64,000 nucleotides of DNA from an uncultured Chloroflexia bacterium (GCA_963810095.1 CAWEMM010000008.1:32001-96000), one strand, 5' to 3'; positions 9,776 to 21,529 are shown, counted from the first letter of the stretch. The notes: generated by a model not told the origin, from the sequence alone. A program made the numbers and translations.

Positions 9776-11974
9776 ATGCATCCGCTCTATCTCGCCCTGG
9801 TCTGGCACATGCACCAGCCCTACTATCGCGATCTACACGATGGCGGGATCCCGCTGCCCTGGGTCCGGCTGCATGCCGCCAAAGACTATCTCCACATGGG
9901 CGAGGTGCTTGCCCGCCATCCCGGCGTCCACCTCACCATCAACATGGTGCCGTCGCTCGTCGAGCAGATGCTGGACTGGGCCAACGGTGGGCCCGAGGGC
10001 GTGGACGACCTGGCGCGCGTCGCCGAGCAGGAGACGTGGATCGACGCCGACCGCCGCTTCCTCCTCAACCTCTGTTTCAGCGTCAACTGGGACAAGATCA
10101 TCCGCCGCCACCCGCGCTATTCGGAGTTGCTCGACCGGCGGCCGGCCGCGCTTGCCGACCCAGCGGCCTTCACCGATGCCGACTACCGCGACCTGGTCAC
10201 CTGGTTCAACCTGGCCTGGATCGACCCGGGCTGGCGCGAGCGCGACCCGGTCCTGAGCGGGCTTGTCGCAAAAGGACGGGGGTTCACGGTCGAGGACGTG
10301 CGGGCCGTGCACGACAAGCAGCGGGCGATTGCAGCCGCCGTGCTGCCGTTGTACCGCAAGCTGGAGGCGGCCGGCCAGCTCGAGGTGATCTGCAGCCCGT
10401 ATTTCCATCCCATTCTCCCGCTGCTCCACGACAGCGACAGCGCGTGCCGGCCCAGCCCGGGCCTCCCCGTGCCCGAGCCGCCCTACCGTGCGCCCGAAGA
10501 CGTGGCGGCGCAGCTTGCGCTTGCGGTCGAGGCGCACACCCGGCATTTTGGCGCAGCCCCCCGGGGCCTATGGCCCTCCGAAGGCGCTGTCTCGCCCGAG
10601 GTGCTGCCCCTCATCCGGGCGGCCGGCTTCACCTGGCTGGCCAGCGACGAAGCCATTTTGGCACGCAGCCTGGGCCGGAACGTCGATCGGGACGCGGGCA
10701 ACCTGCTGACCGATCCGCGGATGTTGTACCAGCCCTACCGGGTGCTGGCCGGCAGCGAGCTGGGGCCCTACGTCATATTCCGCGATCACGAGCTGTCCGA
10801 CCGGATCGGGTTCCTGTATCAGCATCTGCCGGGCGCGCAAGCTGCGGAAGACATGACCTACCGCCTGCTCGAAATCCGCCGCCGCATCGACGATCCGGCC
10901 TCGCCTTATCTCGTCAGCGTCATCCTCGATGGGGAGAACTGCTGGGAACACTACGAGGCGAACGGCGACGTCTTCCTCGACGCTTTCTACGGCGAACTCG
11001 AGCGGCGCACGGAGCTCAGCGCGGTCACGGTCGGCGAATACATCCAGGGCCGGCGGCCTGCCGCCACACTGGCCCGGCTGGCAACCGGATCGTGGATTCT
11101 GGGCGACCTGACGACGTGGATCGGCGACCCGGAACACAACCGGGCTTGGGACGCGCTGCGCCGTGCGCGCGAGTACCTGGTGGGCCGGGAGAAACCTGGT
11201 TTCTCGTCGGGGGCGTGGCGGGCATTGTATGCGGCCGAGGGCAGCGACTGGTTCTGGTGGTACTCGCACCGCAATAGCTCGGACCAGGACGCCTTGTTCG
11301 ACCGGCTGTTTCGCCACAACGTCGGGGCCATCTACACCGCCCTGGGCGACGAGCCCCCCGTCTGGCTCGCCGAACCGATCTACCAGGCCAGTCTCGCGGC
11401 CGACCACCGGCCGGCGACCGGGTACGTGGCGCCCAAGCTCACTGCTCCGCCACATCCCGGGGAGGCATGGGCGCCCGCCGCCAGCCTGCGTCCAGCCGGG
11501 GCTTCCTCCGGAACCATGCAGCGGGCGTCTGGCCTCATCGAGCGCTGCTTTGTGGGCCACGACCCGACCCGGATCTACCTAAGACTCGATCTGCGCCAGC
11601 CGCTGGACCGGTTCGACACCTTGATCTACCTCAGCGGCCCGGCAACCGCGACGGCCAATCAGCGCGTCGACGCGACCTTCCCCGATCCGGACATGGTCCC
11701 GCGCGAGTTCGCAGCCGCCTGGCAGATCCGCCGCGACGCGGGCCAAAGCTCGCCCTTCCTTTTCGAGGCGCTGGGTCAGGGTGCGTGGCGCGCAGTGGGC
11801 CCGGCAAACGCCGCGGCGGGCGAAAAGGTGCTGGAAATCGAGCTGCCTCTCGCCGTCCTGGGCCTGCACCTGGGCGAAGATGTCAGCGTCTTCGTCGTGC
11901 TGGCGGCGGGCGGCCAGGTGGTCGCCTCGCTGCCCGAACGAAACGCTGCGATCATCCCTCTGCGCACGTTCTGA
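9776..11974 (+). CDS. Glycoside hydrolase family 57 (amylopullulanase-like)
   Basis: WHMHQP, SPYFHPILPLL, GLWPSEGAVS, FRDHELSDRIGF, ILDGENCWE, AEGSDWFWW. Confidence 0.93.
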   Translation: MHPLYLALVWHMHQPYYRDLHDGGIPLPWVRLHAAKDYLHMGEVLARHPGVHLTINMVPSLVEQMLDWANGGPEGVDDLARVAEQETWIDADRRFLLNLCFSVNWDKIIRRHPRYSELLDRRPAALADPAAFTDADYRDLVTWFNLAWIDPGWRERDPVLSGLVAKGRGFTVEDVRAVHDKQRAIAAAVLPLYRKLEAAGQLEVICSPYFHPILPLLHDSDSACRPSPGLPVPEPPYRAPEDVAAQLALAVEAHTRHFGAAPRGLWPSEGAVSPEVLPLIRAAGFTWLASDEAILARSLGRNVDRDAGNLLTDPRMLYQPYRVLAGSELGPYVIFRDHELSDRIGFLYQHLPGAQAAEDMTYRLLEIRRRIDDPASPYLVSVILDGENCWEHYEANGDVFLDAFYGELERRTELSAVTVGEYIQGRRPAATLARLATGSWILGDLTTWIGDPEHNRAWDALRRAREYLVGREKPGFSSGAWRALYAAEGSDWFWWYSHRNSSDQDALFDRLFRHNVGAIYTALGDEPPVWLAEPIYQASLAADHRPATGYVAPKLTAPPHPGEAWAPAASLRPAGASSGTMQRASGLIERCFVGHDPTRIYLRLDLRQPLDRFDTLIYLSGPATATANQRVDATFPDPDMVPREFAAAWQIRRDAGQSSPFLFEALGQGAWRAVGPANAAAGEKVLEIELPLAVLGLHLGEDVSVFVVLAAGGQVVASLPERNAAIIPLRTF

Positions 11975-12138
11975 ACGCCCCTCCCCGTTTGTGTTCCTCA
12001 AGACAGAACCCGCCGGACCCTCCGTGTATGCTTCCCGAGTGAATGATATTTGTCGAGACACAGAAGAAGGTCATTCACAAATGCGATACTCACATATTCA
12101 CTAACGAAGTTCGTCACGATCGGGGAGCGAGAAGAAGA

Positions 12139-14015
12139 ATGCAGTACGGGGCAGAGACCGGCCGGCCGCTCGGCGCGACGTTAATCGACGGCGGGTGCCG
12201 GTTCAGGGTGTGGGCGCCCGCCGCGACCTCGGTCGAAGTCCACGTCGTAGGCTCCGAGGAACGTCTTGTGCCGCTGGTGCGCGGCGCAGGGGGCTACTGG
12301 CAGGCGGATGTGCCGGGGTGCGCTGCGGGGACGCGCTACTTCTACCGGCTGGACGGCTCGACCGACCGCCCCGACCCGGCGTCTCGCTACCAGCCCGACG
12401 GCGTTCACGCGGCCTCCGAAGTCGTCGACCCGGCATTTCGGTGGACCGACGAAGCATGGTGCGGCCTCCCGCTTCAGAAGTACATCATTTACGAGCTTCA
12501 TGCCGGCGCCTTCACGCAAAGCGGCACCTTTGACGGGGTGATCGAGAGGCTGCCATACCTGGCCGACCTCGGCGTGACGGCGCTCGAGATCATGCCCGTC
12601 GCGCAGTTTCCCGGCACCCGCAATTGGGGTTACGACGGCGTGTTCCCCTTTGCCGTTCAGAATTCCTACGGCGGACCCGCGGGCCTGCAGCGCCTCGTCG
12701 ACGCGGCGCACGGCGCAGGACTCGCCGTCATCCTGGATGTCGTCTACAACCACCTGGGGCCCGAAGGCAACTACCTGGCCGACTTCGGCCCCTACTTCAC
12801 CGAGCGGTACAAGAGCGCGTGGGGCGCAGCGATGAATTTCGACGGCCCCGGCAGCGACGATGTGCGGCGTTACTTCGTGGAAAACGCGTTGGTTTGGCTG
12901 CGCGACTTCCACATCGACGCGCTGCGGCTGGACGCTGTGCACGCCATACTGGATTTCTCGGCCGAGACCTTCCTCGAGGAGTTAGCCGCAGCGGTCGAGC
13001 GCGAGGCGGTGGCCCTCGGCCGACCGGCGTACCTGATCGCCGAAAGCGACCTGAACGACCCCCGGATTGTCCGCACGCCCGAGGAGCATGGCTTCGGGCT
13101 CGACGCGCTGTGGGCCGACGATCTACACCATGCGCTCCACGTGCTCCTGACGGGCGAACGGCAGGGCTACTACGAAGACTTCGCCGGCGCCGGCGCACTG
13201 CCCGCTCCGCTCGACTACCTGGCGCTGGCCCTGCGCGACGGGGTCGCCTACAGCGGGCAGTACGCACCGGGGCGTGGGCGGCGTCATGGCAACTCGTTTG
13301 CCGGCATCCCCGCGCACCGCTTTGTCGTCTGCACCCAGAACCACGACCAGGTGGGGAACCGCATGCTGGGCGAGCGCCTCTCGACGCTGCTCTCGCCGCA
13401 GGCCCTCCAGTTAGCGGCCGCCGTGCTGCTGCTCTCCCCCTACCTGCCCCTCCTCTTTATGGGCGAAGAGTACGGCGAGACCAACCCCTTTCTCTACTTC
13501 GTCGACCATACGGACGAAGCACTTGTCGAGGCCGTGCAGAAGGGCCGTGGGGAAGAGTTCGCAGCGTTCATGGCCGGATCCGGGCAGCCGGGGCCCGCAG
13601 GCGGCCCGCCAGATCCGGCGAGCGAAGCCACGTTCGAGCAGTCGAGGCTGAACTGGGAGCGGGCGGACGAAGGCTGGCACACGGACCTGCACCGGCTCTA
13701 CAAGGAGCTGATCGCGCTGCGTAAAGGGGTCCCGGCGCTCAGGCACCTCAGCAAGGCGCATCTCGAGGTGGGGGCATTCGACGACGAGCGTGTCCTCGCC
13801 CTGCACCGGTGGCTCGGAGAGAGCCGGGCGCTGGCACTCTTCAACTTCGCCACCGCGCCCCAACGCGTGGCAGTGTCCCTGCCGGCCGGCCGCTGGGCCC
13901 GGGCTGCCGGCTCCGACCCCGCCCTGCCCCCGCGTTCGTGGTCGACGGTGCACCGGCGGCCCTCACCCTCGCGGGCCAGAGCTTCGCGCTCTACCTGCAG
14001 GAGGTGGTGGAGTGA
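12139..14015 (+). CDS. treZ: Malto-oligosyltrehalose trehalohydrolase, frameshift near 13930
   Basis: FRVWAP, PDPASRYQPDGVH, WGYDGV, DVVYNHLGPEGNY, LRLDAVH, QNHDQVGNR, FMGEEY. Confidence 0.93.
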
Positions 14016-17000
14016 CGTCGGGCGCCCGGCCAAATGCTCCCGCCGCCGGCACCCCGGCGACCTTCCAGCGCCTGCTCGCGCAGGTGCTCGGGCAGCGCCG
14101 TCCGCCCTCGGCAACCTACCGCATGCAGTTCAACGCGGACTTCACGTTGGACCACGCGGTGGCGCTCGTTCCCTATCTCCACGATCTCGGCATCAGCGAC
14201 CTCTATGCGTCGCCCCTGTTCGCCGCTCGAGCCGGCAGCACGCACGGGTACGACGTGTGCGATCCGACACGGATCAGCATCGCCGTCGGGGGCGAGGAGG
14301 CACTGGACCGGCTGGCCCGGGTGCTGGGCGAACACGGGATGGGCCTGGTGCTCGACATTGTGCCCAACCACATGGGGATCAATGACCCCTGCAACACCTG
14401 GTGGCTCGACGTGTTGGAAAACGGGCCGAGTTCCCTGTACGCGCCGTTCTTCGACGTGGCCTGGGAGCCCTCGAAGCCCGAACTGAAGGACCGCGTCCTG
14501 CTCCCGGTGCTCGAGGATCAGTACGGCGCGGTGCTCGAAGCGGGAAAGCTGAAATTGGCTTTTGCGGAGGGCGGCTTCCGAATTGAGTATTATGACAACC
14601 GCTTCCCGGTGGCGCCGGGCACCTATGCGCCGGTTCTGCAAGAGTGGTTGGTCCAGCTGCGAGCGGCCGGCGATGGCGACGCCGGCGGCCGGGACGAAGC
14701 CGCGCTGGAGCTGGAGAGCATCATCACCGCAGTCGGGTATCTGCCGGGCCGGAACGAACGCGACGAAGAACGGAAGCTGGAACGCGCCCGCGAGAAGGAA
14801 AGCATCAAGCGCCGGCTGGCAGCCGTCTGGCAGTCAAGCCCGGCCGCCTTCGGCTCCCTCCAGCGGGCCCTGACCTACTTCAACGGCGACCCGCACGACC
14901 CCCAGAGCTTCGATCCGCTGGACGCGCTGCTCGAAAAGCAGCCTTACCGGCTCGCCTACTGGCGGGTGGCCGGCGAAGAGATCAACTACCGCCGCTTCTT
15001 TGACATCCGCGACCTGGCCGCGATCCGGGTCGAAGACCCCCGGGTGTTCGAGGCGACGCACGGGCTGGCGCTGCGCCTGCTGGCCGAGCGCAAGGTGACG
15101 GGGTTGCGCATCGATCACCCGGATGGCCTGTACGATCCGAGGGCGTACTTCCGCCGGCTGCAGCTGGAATACCTGCTCACGGCGCTGGGCCAGGACGGCG
15201 GCGATGGTGAAGCAGCGGCCCGCACGGCCGCAGAAGCCTGGCTCGATGCCGCGCTCGACGCCGCAGGTGAGGGCCGGCAGCAGGACTGGCCCCTGTACGT
15301 GGTGGCGGAGAAGATCCTGTCAGACACGGAGCCGCTGCCGCTCGACTGGGCCGTGGCGGGCACGACGGGCTACGATTTCCTCGCATCGGTCAACGCAGTG
15401 CTCGTGGATCCTGCGGCCGAGGACAGCTTCACGCGAATATATGCCGATTTCGCGACCCCGGCCGGGGCTGGCGCAGGGGCGGATTTCGAGGCGCTGACCG
15501 TGCAAACGCAGCGCCTGATCATGCGCGAGGCACTGGCCAGCGAGATCAACGAACTGAGCCACAGTCTCGAGCGGGTCGCGGAGCGGAACCGGCACACCCG
15601 CGACTTCACGCTCAACAACTTGCGTGACGCCATCCGCAGCCTCGTCGCCTCGCTCGGCGTGTACCGCACGTATATCGACCCCGAGACCAGGACGGTTTCG
15701 GAGCGTGACCGGCACTACGTCGTCGAGGCGGTCCAGCGGGCCGGGGCGCTCTCGCCACACATCGACCCGTCCGTGTTCCGATTTCTGCAAGAGACGCTGT
15801 TGTTGCAGAACCACGAACAGTTTCATGCGGAGGACCGGCTTGCTCTCGGCACCTGGGTCATGAAGTTCCAGCAGATGACCGGACCGGTGATGGCCAAAGG
15901 GGTCGAAGACACGGCCTTCTACCGCTACAACCGGCTGGTTTCGCTGAATGAAGTGGGCGGACACCCGTCGCTCTTTGGCATTGACCCCGGCCAGTTTCAC
16001 CGGGACAACGAGCGCCGGGCACGCCTGTGGCCCCACAGCATGCTGGCAACCTCGACGCACGACAACAAGCGCAGCGAAGATGTCCGCGCGAGGATCGACG
16101 TCTTGAGTGAAATGCCGGGCGAATGGGGCCAGCGCCTGCTGGAGTGGTCCAGCCTCAACGTCGGGCAGAAGGCGCGTGGCGGGGGGGCCGGCGAGCTGCT
16201 CTTGCCCGACCGCAACGACGAGTACCTGCTCTACCAGACGCTCCTCGGCGCGTGGCCGTTTGCCCAAGAGCCAGAACCCGGTTCGCCGTGGGGTCCGCTG
16301 CTGCCGCCCGGCGACAGCAGCGAGTACAGTGCGTTCGCCGCACGCATCGCCCAGTACATGAACAAGGCCGTCAAGGAAGCCAAGGTCCACGGCAGCTGGA
16401 TCAACCCGGACGAGGCGTACGATCGTGGCGCTCCACAGTTTCACCGCTGCACTGCTTGCGCCCGGCCCGGAGAACCGCTTTCTCCAGGCATTTGCGCCCT
16501 TTGCGGCCCGCATCGCGACCCTCGGGCAGGTCAACTCGCTCGCCCAGGTCGCGCTCAAGCTGACGTCGCCGGGCGTGCCCGACACTTACCAGGGCAGCGA
16601 GCTGTGGGACTTCAGCCTGGTCGATCCCGACAACCGGCGGCCGGTGGATTACGAGCGGCGCCGGGAGCTGCTGGCGGGGCTGCCCACGGCGGGGCCGGTC
16701 GGCGACGGGTTCCTGGCCGGGCTGCTCAGCGCGAGCCACAACGGCCGGATCAAGCTGTTCGTCACCGCCCGGCTGCTGGCGCTGCGCCGGGCCGAGCCGG
16801 GCCTGTTCGACGCCTCCGACTACGTGCCGCTCGAGGTGACGGGCAGCGGGGCGGAGCACGTCGTCGCTTTCGCCCGGCGCAGCGGCGGGAAGACGCTGCT
16901 CGTGATCGTGCCCCGGCTGGCGGCGGCGCTGGCGAATGCGGACGGCTGGCCGCTGGGGCCCGCTGCCTGGGGCGACACGGCCGTCATGTTGCCCAATGGG

Positions 17001-17120
17001 CTGCCCATGGACGGGCCGGTCGACGCGCTGACAGGGCGCCCCCTCCGACTCGACGGAGGCCACCTGCCCGTTGGCGAGGCGCTCCGGTCGCTGCCCCTGG
17101 CCGTGCTGGTGGGAGGATAG
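14012..17120 (+). CDS. treY: Malto-oligosyltrehalose synthase, frameshift near 16425
   Basis: ATYRMQF, GSTHGYDV, DIVPNHM, INYRRFFD, GLRIDHPDGL, AKGVEDTAFY, STHDNKRSED, PGVPDTYQGSE, LVDPDNRRPVD. Confidence 0.94.
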
Positions 17121-17143
17121 CGGGAGCGCCGTCGCCCGAGAAA

Positions 17144-17371
17144 ATCCTGAGCGGAGGGCGGTCCGCAGGAGCGCACGCTCGAAGGATGCCGCGCTCTTCA
17201 CAGCGACTGCTTGCGCTCAGATGCGCCAGACGTGGCGACTGCGGCACCCAGCTAAGCTGGCGCTCCGCTCAGGATGCCTGCGCTTGAAGCATCCTTCGAC
17301 TGCAGGCGGTCCGCAGGAGCGCACACCTTCCGGTTGGGGGGCGAGGCACCCGAGGGGTGCCTCGCCCCTAC
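17144..17371. repeat. Cluster of REP-like palindromes and a 20-bp direct repeat
   Basis: atcctgagcggag / ctccgctcaggat and tcgaaggatgc / gcatccttcga inverted pairs; ggcggtccgcaggagcgcac at 17157 and 17305; ggggcgaggcacc..ggtgcctcgcccctac hairpin. Confidence 0.6.
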
Positions 17372-17619
17372 ACGACCGGGTTGCGTTCTTGGGTGCGAAT
17401 GCAAGCGCATTTGAGGGTGGCCTGGACGAACGCGCCCTGCCCGTGCTTCGCTCCCACGAGGTTGGGGGCAAACAGTCAAAACCGCCAACATTCTAGGCCC
17501 GTGCCCGTAACCTTCTGAAATCTTGTGCGTTTAGATACACAACGCTCACCGCCACCTGATGCCCTTGTCCCAGGTAGTCCCTCGAAGGTGCATCAGGCCC
17601 AACGCATGAGGAGAACCAG

Positions 17620-19458
17620 ATGGACGAACAATCCCCGCGTGCGCCACGCCGCGCCCAAGCCGGTGGCACGGTCGCGCTCCCACTGTTGATCATCACCCTC
17701 GCCGTAAGCATGCTCATAATGGGCGGCCTGCTGCTCCCGTCGGGTGCAAGCGAGGCTGCGGGCCCCGATGACGGCCAGCTGAAGTACAAGGTGCTCATCC
17801 CGCTGGTGTCGTTCAGCCCCTTGCGCCCGAACCCAGGCGGCACGCCAACCCCAACACGGCGGTTTACCCGCACGCCGACCGTACAGGCGGGCCAGACGGC
17901 GACTCCGACGGGCACGGCCACGGCCACCAGCACGGACACGCCGGCTAACACGCCGACCGCAACTGCGACGGCAACGGCAACGCCATCGCCAACCCCGACC
18001 AGCCCGCCGCTTAACACATCGCACGCCGGCCGCTTCACAACCTATGAGGGCAGCAAGACGTGCATGGCCTGCCACCTGCAGCAGACGAAGGACGCTCACG
18101 GCAGCCAACACTATCAATGGAACGGGCCTGCGCCCTACGCCACCGGCCTGACGACCGGCGGCAAGCTGGGTGCGATCAACGACTTCTGCGGCTACCCCGA
18201 CATCAATTGGCTCAGCGTGCTCACGAACATCGACGGCCAACCGACCGACGGCGGGTGCGCCACCTGCCATGGGGGGATGGGCGCCCGGCCGAGCAAAGAC
18301 CAGACCCAGGCGCAGCTCGAAAACGTCGATTGCCTGATGTGCCACTCCGAGACGTACAAGCGCAAGGTGATCAACGACGGCGGCGTATTCAAGCTGGTGC
18401 CTGCGCCCGAGCGGATGACCGTGCCGCTGCTGCAGGCGATTACCGACATCAAAAAGCCGACGAAGGCCAACTGTCTGACCTGCCACGTTAGCTCGGGCGG
18501 CGGCGCCAACAACAAGCGCGGCGACCTCGAACCGAGCCACGTCGACCCACCGCGCACGTTCGACGTGCACATGGCGTCGAAGGCGAACGGCGGGCAGGGC
18601 TTCACCTGCCAGAGCTGCCACATCACGCAGAACCATCACATTGCGGGCCGCGGCTCCGACATCCGCGCCACAGACCTGGACGTGCCGGTGAAGTGCACGA
18701 ACTGCCACAATCAGAAGCCACACGGCAACACGAACATCGACAAGCACACGACCAAACTCGAGTGCAGCGTCTGTCACATCCCGGCGTTCGCCAAGGTGAC
18801 CTCGACAGACATGTTCCGCGACTTCAGCACCGTGGAGGTCAACGAGCCCCGGCGGCTGTACGAGCCGAAAATCACCCGGGGGGCCAACGTGGTGCCGCAG
18901 TACGCCTGGTTCAACGGCACGTCGACGTTCTACGAGTTCGGCCAGCCGATCACGTATGGCCCGAACGGCCGGGTAGTTATGTCGACCCCGAACGGCGGAG
19001 TGAACGATGCGAAGGCCAAGCTGTTTGCCTTCAAGTACCACCAGGCGAGCCAGGCGCACGATCCTGTCAGCAACCGCATCCTGCCGATGAAGATGGGCAT
19101 CCTCTTCCAGGACGGCAACGTCGACCTGGCGATCAAGAAGGGCGTCGAGGCGCTGGGCTGGACCTTGCCGCAGGGGTATGACTTTGTGCCGACCGAGCGG
19201 CTGCTCTCGATCAACCACGAGGTGGCGCCGCACGAGCAGGCCCTCACCTGTGACACATGCCACGCCACCAATGCGACCCGGATGAACTGGGCCAAGCTGG
19301 GCTACACCCCGAAGACGACGCGCAACGGCAAGCCGCTGTGCCAGAGCTGTCATGGTGCGGAAAACGAGGACTGGAGCAACTACTTCTACGGGGTGCACCA
19401 GCAGCACGTGAGCGAGGAACGCATCGCCTGCTCCGAGTGCCACAACTTTAGCCGGTAG
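17620..19458 (+). CDS. Exported decaheme c-type cytochrome, octaheme tetrathionate reductase (OTR)-like core plus 2 extra hemes
   Basis: Ten CxxCH motifs (CMACH, CATCH, CLMCH, CLTCH, CQSCH, CTNCH, CSVCH, CDTCH, CQSCH, CSECH); OTR-like INDFC, DVHM, CHIP and INHEVAP..ALTC segments; N-terminal TM and Pro/Thr linker. Confidence 0.85.
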   Translation: MDEQSPRAPRRAQAGGTVALPLLIITLAVSMLIMGGLLLPSGASEAAGPDDGQLKYKVLIPLVSFSPLRPNPGGTPTPTRRFTRTPTVQAGQTATPTGTATATSTDTPANTPTATATATATPSPTPTSPPLNTSHAGRFTTYEGSKTCMACHLQQTKDAHGSQHYQWNGPAPYATGLTTGGKLGAINDFCGYPDINWLSVLTNIDGQPTDGGCATCHGGMGARPSKDQTQAQLENVDCLMCHSETYKRKVINDGGVFKLVPAPERMTVPLLQAITDIKKPTKANCLTCHVSSGGGANNKRGDLEPSHVDPPRTFDVHMASKANGGQGFTCQSCHITQNHHIAGRGSDIRATDLDVPVKCTNCHNQKPHGNTNIDKHTTKLECSVCHIPAFAKVTSTDMFRDFSTVEVNEPRRLYEPKITRGANVVPQYAWFNGTSTFYEFGQPITYGPNGRVVMSTPNGGVNDAKAKLFAFKYHQASQAHDPVSNRILPMKMGILFQDGNVDLAIKKGVEALGWTLPQGYDFVPTERLLSINHEVAPHEQALTCDTCHATNATRMNWAKLGYTPKTTRNGKPLCQSCHGAENEDWSNYFYGVHQQHVSEERIACSECHNFSR

Positions 19459-19595
19459 CAGCGCCTCGGGCCACAAAGGGCTGCGGGACACATTCTCCCG
19501 CAGCCCCGTGCATGTGCCATACATATCATAAAAATAGACATATGCCGGCCCGCAGTCGTTCGTCGGGCCGGTTTTTGCTTTGCGAGCGCCTGGCG

Positions 19596-19884
19596 GCGAA
19601 GCCAGTTGCACCGCCTGTAGTCAAAGGATGTGTATACTTTTATGATATGTATGCCATATATCAGCCCTGTCTTGAACTTTCTATAGCAGGAAAAAGTGCC
19701 AGACTCGGCTGTGAGTAGCCAGGCTCGCTGGCGCGCCAGCGTAGCTCGCGAAGCCAGTTGCACCGCCTGTATTCGAAGGATTTGTATACTTTTATGATAT
19801 GTCTGCCATATATCAGCCCTGTCTTGAACTTTCTATAGCAGCATAAAGTGCCCGATTCGGCTGTCAGGAGCCAGGCTCGCTGGC
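19596..19884. repeat. Two ~137-bp direct repeats (19596-19732, 19748-19884)
   Basis: gcgaagccagttgcaccgcctgta...ttttatgatatg..gccatatatcagccctgtcttgaactttctatagcag...gccaggctcgctggc occurs twice, offset 152 bp. Confidence 0.92.
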
Positions 19885-21261
19885 ACCCGGCACCCGCAAG
19901 CGGTAGGGCACCTGGCGGCCCGTCTTGGGCAAGCGCTCGACGGCGCCCTGGGCCACCAGGTCGTTGAGCAGCGGGTGCAGGTTCGAGTGGCTGATGCCCA
20001 CCGCCTTCGCTAACTCGGTAAGGGTCAGCGGTTGCCCGCTTTCCCCCAGGGCTTCGAGGATGCGGCCCCGGTTCCCCTGCTGCGCCACCTCTTCGCTCGT
20101 ACCCAGGCACTGCCACAGGCTCGTGGCCGGGTCCCACGACAGCACGAGGTCTTGCCATTCCACGTCGCGCCCGACGACCTTCAGGCTCACGTTGCGCTGT
20201 CCCTGCTCGCGCGACAGCCCCAGCGCTCCGTCGGCCACGGCGCTCTTGGCCGTGGAGCCGATCAGGTCGTCGATTGGGTTGGCTTCGCCCAGGCCGGTCG
20301 GTTTCTTGTGGTGGTCGATGGCCAGGACGGCCAGGTCATGCTCCAGGGCCAGGGCCTGGAGCTGGCCCAGCACCATCGTCATTTCCGACAGGTCCTGCTG
20401 GTCGACCGGGCCCAGCAGGCGGCCCAGGGTGTCGAGCACGACGAGCGCGTGGGGGTTGTCGGCGATGGCCTGCGCCAGCAGCTCCAGCCCGCCGTGGGTC
20501 AGGTAGGGCCAGGCCAGCTCGAAGCGGATGGTGGCGGTGGGCGGCATGTGCAGCCTGCGGGTGCGTTCCTGGAGCCGCCGGGCGTTGTCCTCCAGCGCGA
20601 CATAGAGCACCCGGCCCTGCTCCACGGGCCGGTCGAGCACCTGGCCGCCCGTGCTGACGGCGATGGCGGTCTGCAGCCCCAGCCACGACTTGCCGATTTT
20701 GGGACGCCCGGCCAGGAAGGTGAGCCCGACGGGAATCAACCCGGCGACCAGCATGTGGGCCTCGCCAAGCTTGGCCGCCAGCAGCTCGGCGGCGTCCCAC
20801 GACGTCTGGCGCTTGGGCATGTCGGACGCCGGCTTGGGCGTGACGTACTTGAGCAGCTCCGCGCCGACGTCGGCCAGCGCCTGTTTCCACATTTCGTTGG
20901 GGGGATAGAGCGCCTGCGCCTGCCGCTGGATCAGGGCGAGCGCGTGGCGGCGTTGGGCCAGCTCGCGCACCTCAGCGGCCCAGATGGGGGCGTTGCCGCT
21001 GTAGACATCGCGCGCCATCAGGAGGGTCAGCGCGGTCAGGGAAACCTCGCCGTCCTGCTTGCTCAGTTCGTGGTGCAGCACTTCGGGGTCGATGTAGGTC
21101 CCGCTGCGTGCGAGCTGCTGTCCGGCGGCCCAAATGCGGGCGTTCTGCTCGCCGTGGAAATCGTCCGGGGCCACGTCGAGCAGGAAGTTATCGCCGTCGA
21201 CGAGAGCGCAGGCCAGCAGGTTTGCTTCGGCCTCGGGGTCGTAGAGCTTCGGTTTTGCCAT
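19864..21261 (-). CDS. Mobile-element replication helicase: DnaB-like N-domain + RepA/AAA_25 ATPase + C-terminal HTH
   Basis: DPEAEANLLAC (DnaB N-term-like), Walker A AGRPKIGKSW, VLYVALED, LVVLDTL, DHHKK, winged-HTH tail. Confidence 0.8.
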   Translation of the reverse strand: MAKPKLYDPEAEANLLACALVDGDNFLLDVAPDDFHGEQNARIWAAGQQLARSGTYIDPEVLHHELSKQDGEVSLTALTLLMARDVYSGNAPIWAAEVRELAQRRHALALIQRQAQALYPPNEMWKQALADVGAELLKYVTPKPASDMPKRQTSWDAAELLAAKLGEAHMLVAGLIPVGLTFLAGRPKIGKSWLGLQTAIAVSTGGQVLDRPVEQGRVLYVALEDNARRLQERTRRLHMPPTATIRFELAWPYLTHGGLELLAQAIADNPHALVVLDTLGRLLGPVDQQDLSEMTMVLGQLQALALEHDLAVLAIDHHKKPTGLGEANPIDDLIGSTAKSAVADGALGLSREQGQRNVSLKVVGRDVEWQDLVLSWDPATSLWQCLGTSEEVAQQGNRGRILEALGESGQPLTLTELAKAVGISHSNLHPLLNDLVAQGAVERLPKTGRQVPYRLRVPGASEPGS

Positions 21262-21529
21262 CGCTTCGCCTCCCAGAGCGGAATTAACAAAAAAAGGGGC
21301 GTCCATCTCCGACGCAAATGCGTCAGGATGAACGCCCCGGAAATCTCTCATCGCCGGCGGGCGCAGGTGGGTGTTCGGGGAGGCAGGTCAGTGGCGGCTC
21401 GGCGGGCCTCGCCGTGCGAGTGCGCCGGTCCTTGCCGTGAGGGGGTTGCTCCCGTCACCCGGCAGGGAGAATAACACAAGTGTTCTGATCGCGCAAATCG
21501 GCGTTGGGGGGTTGAGGGGGGCGTGCATT

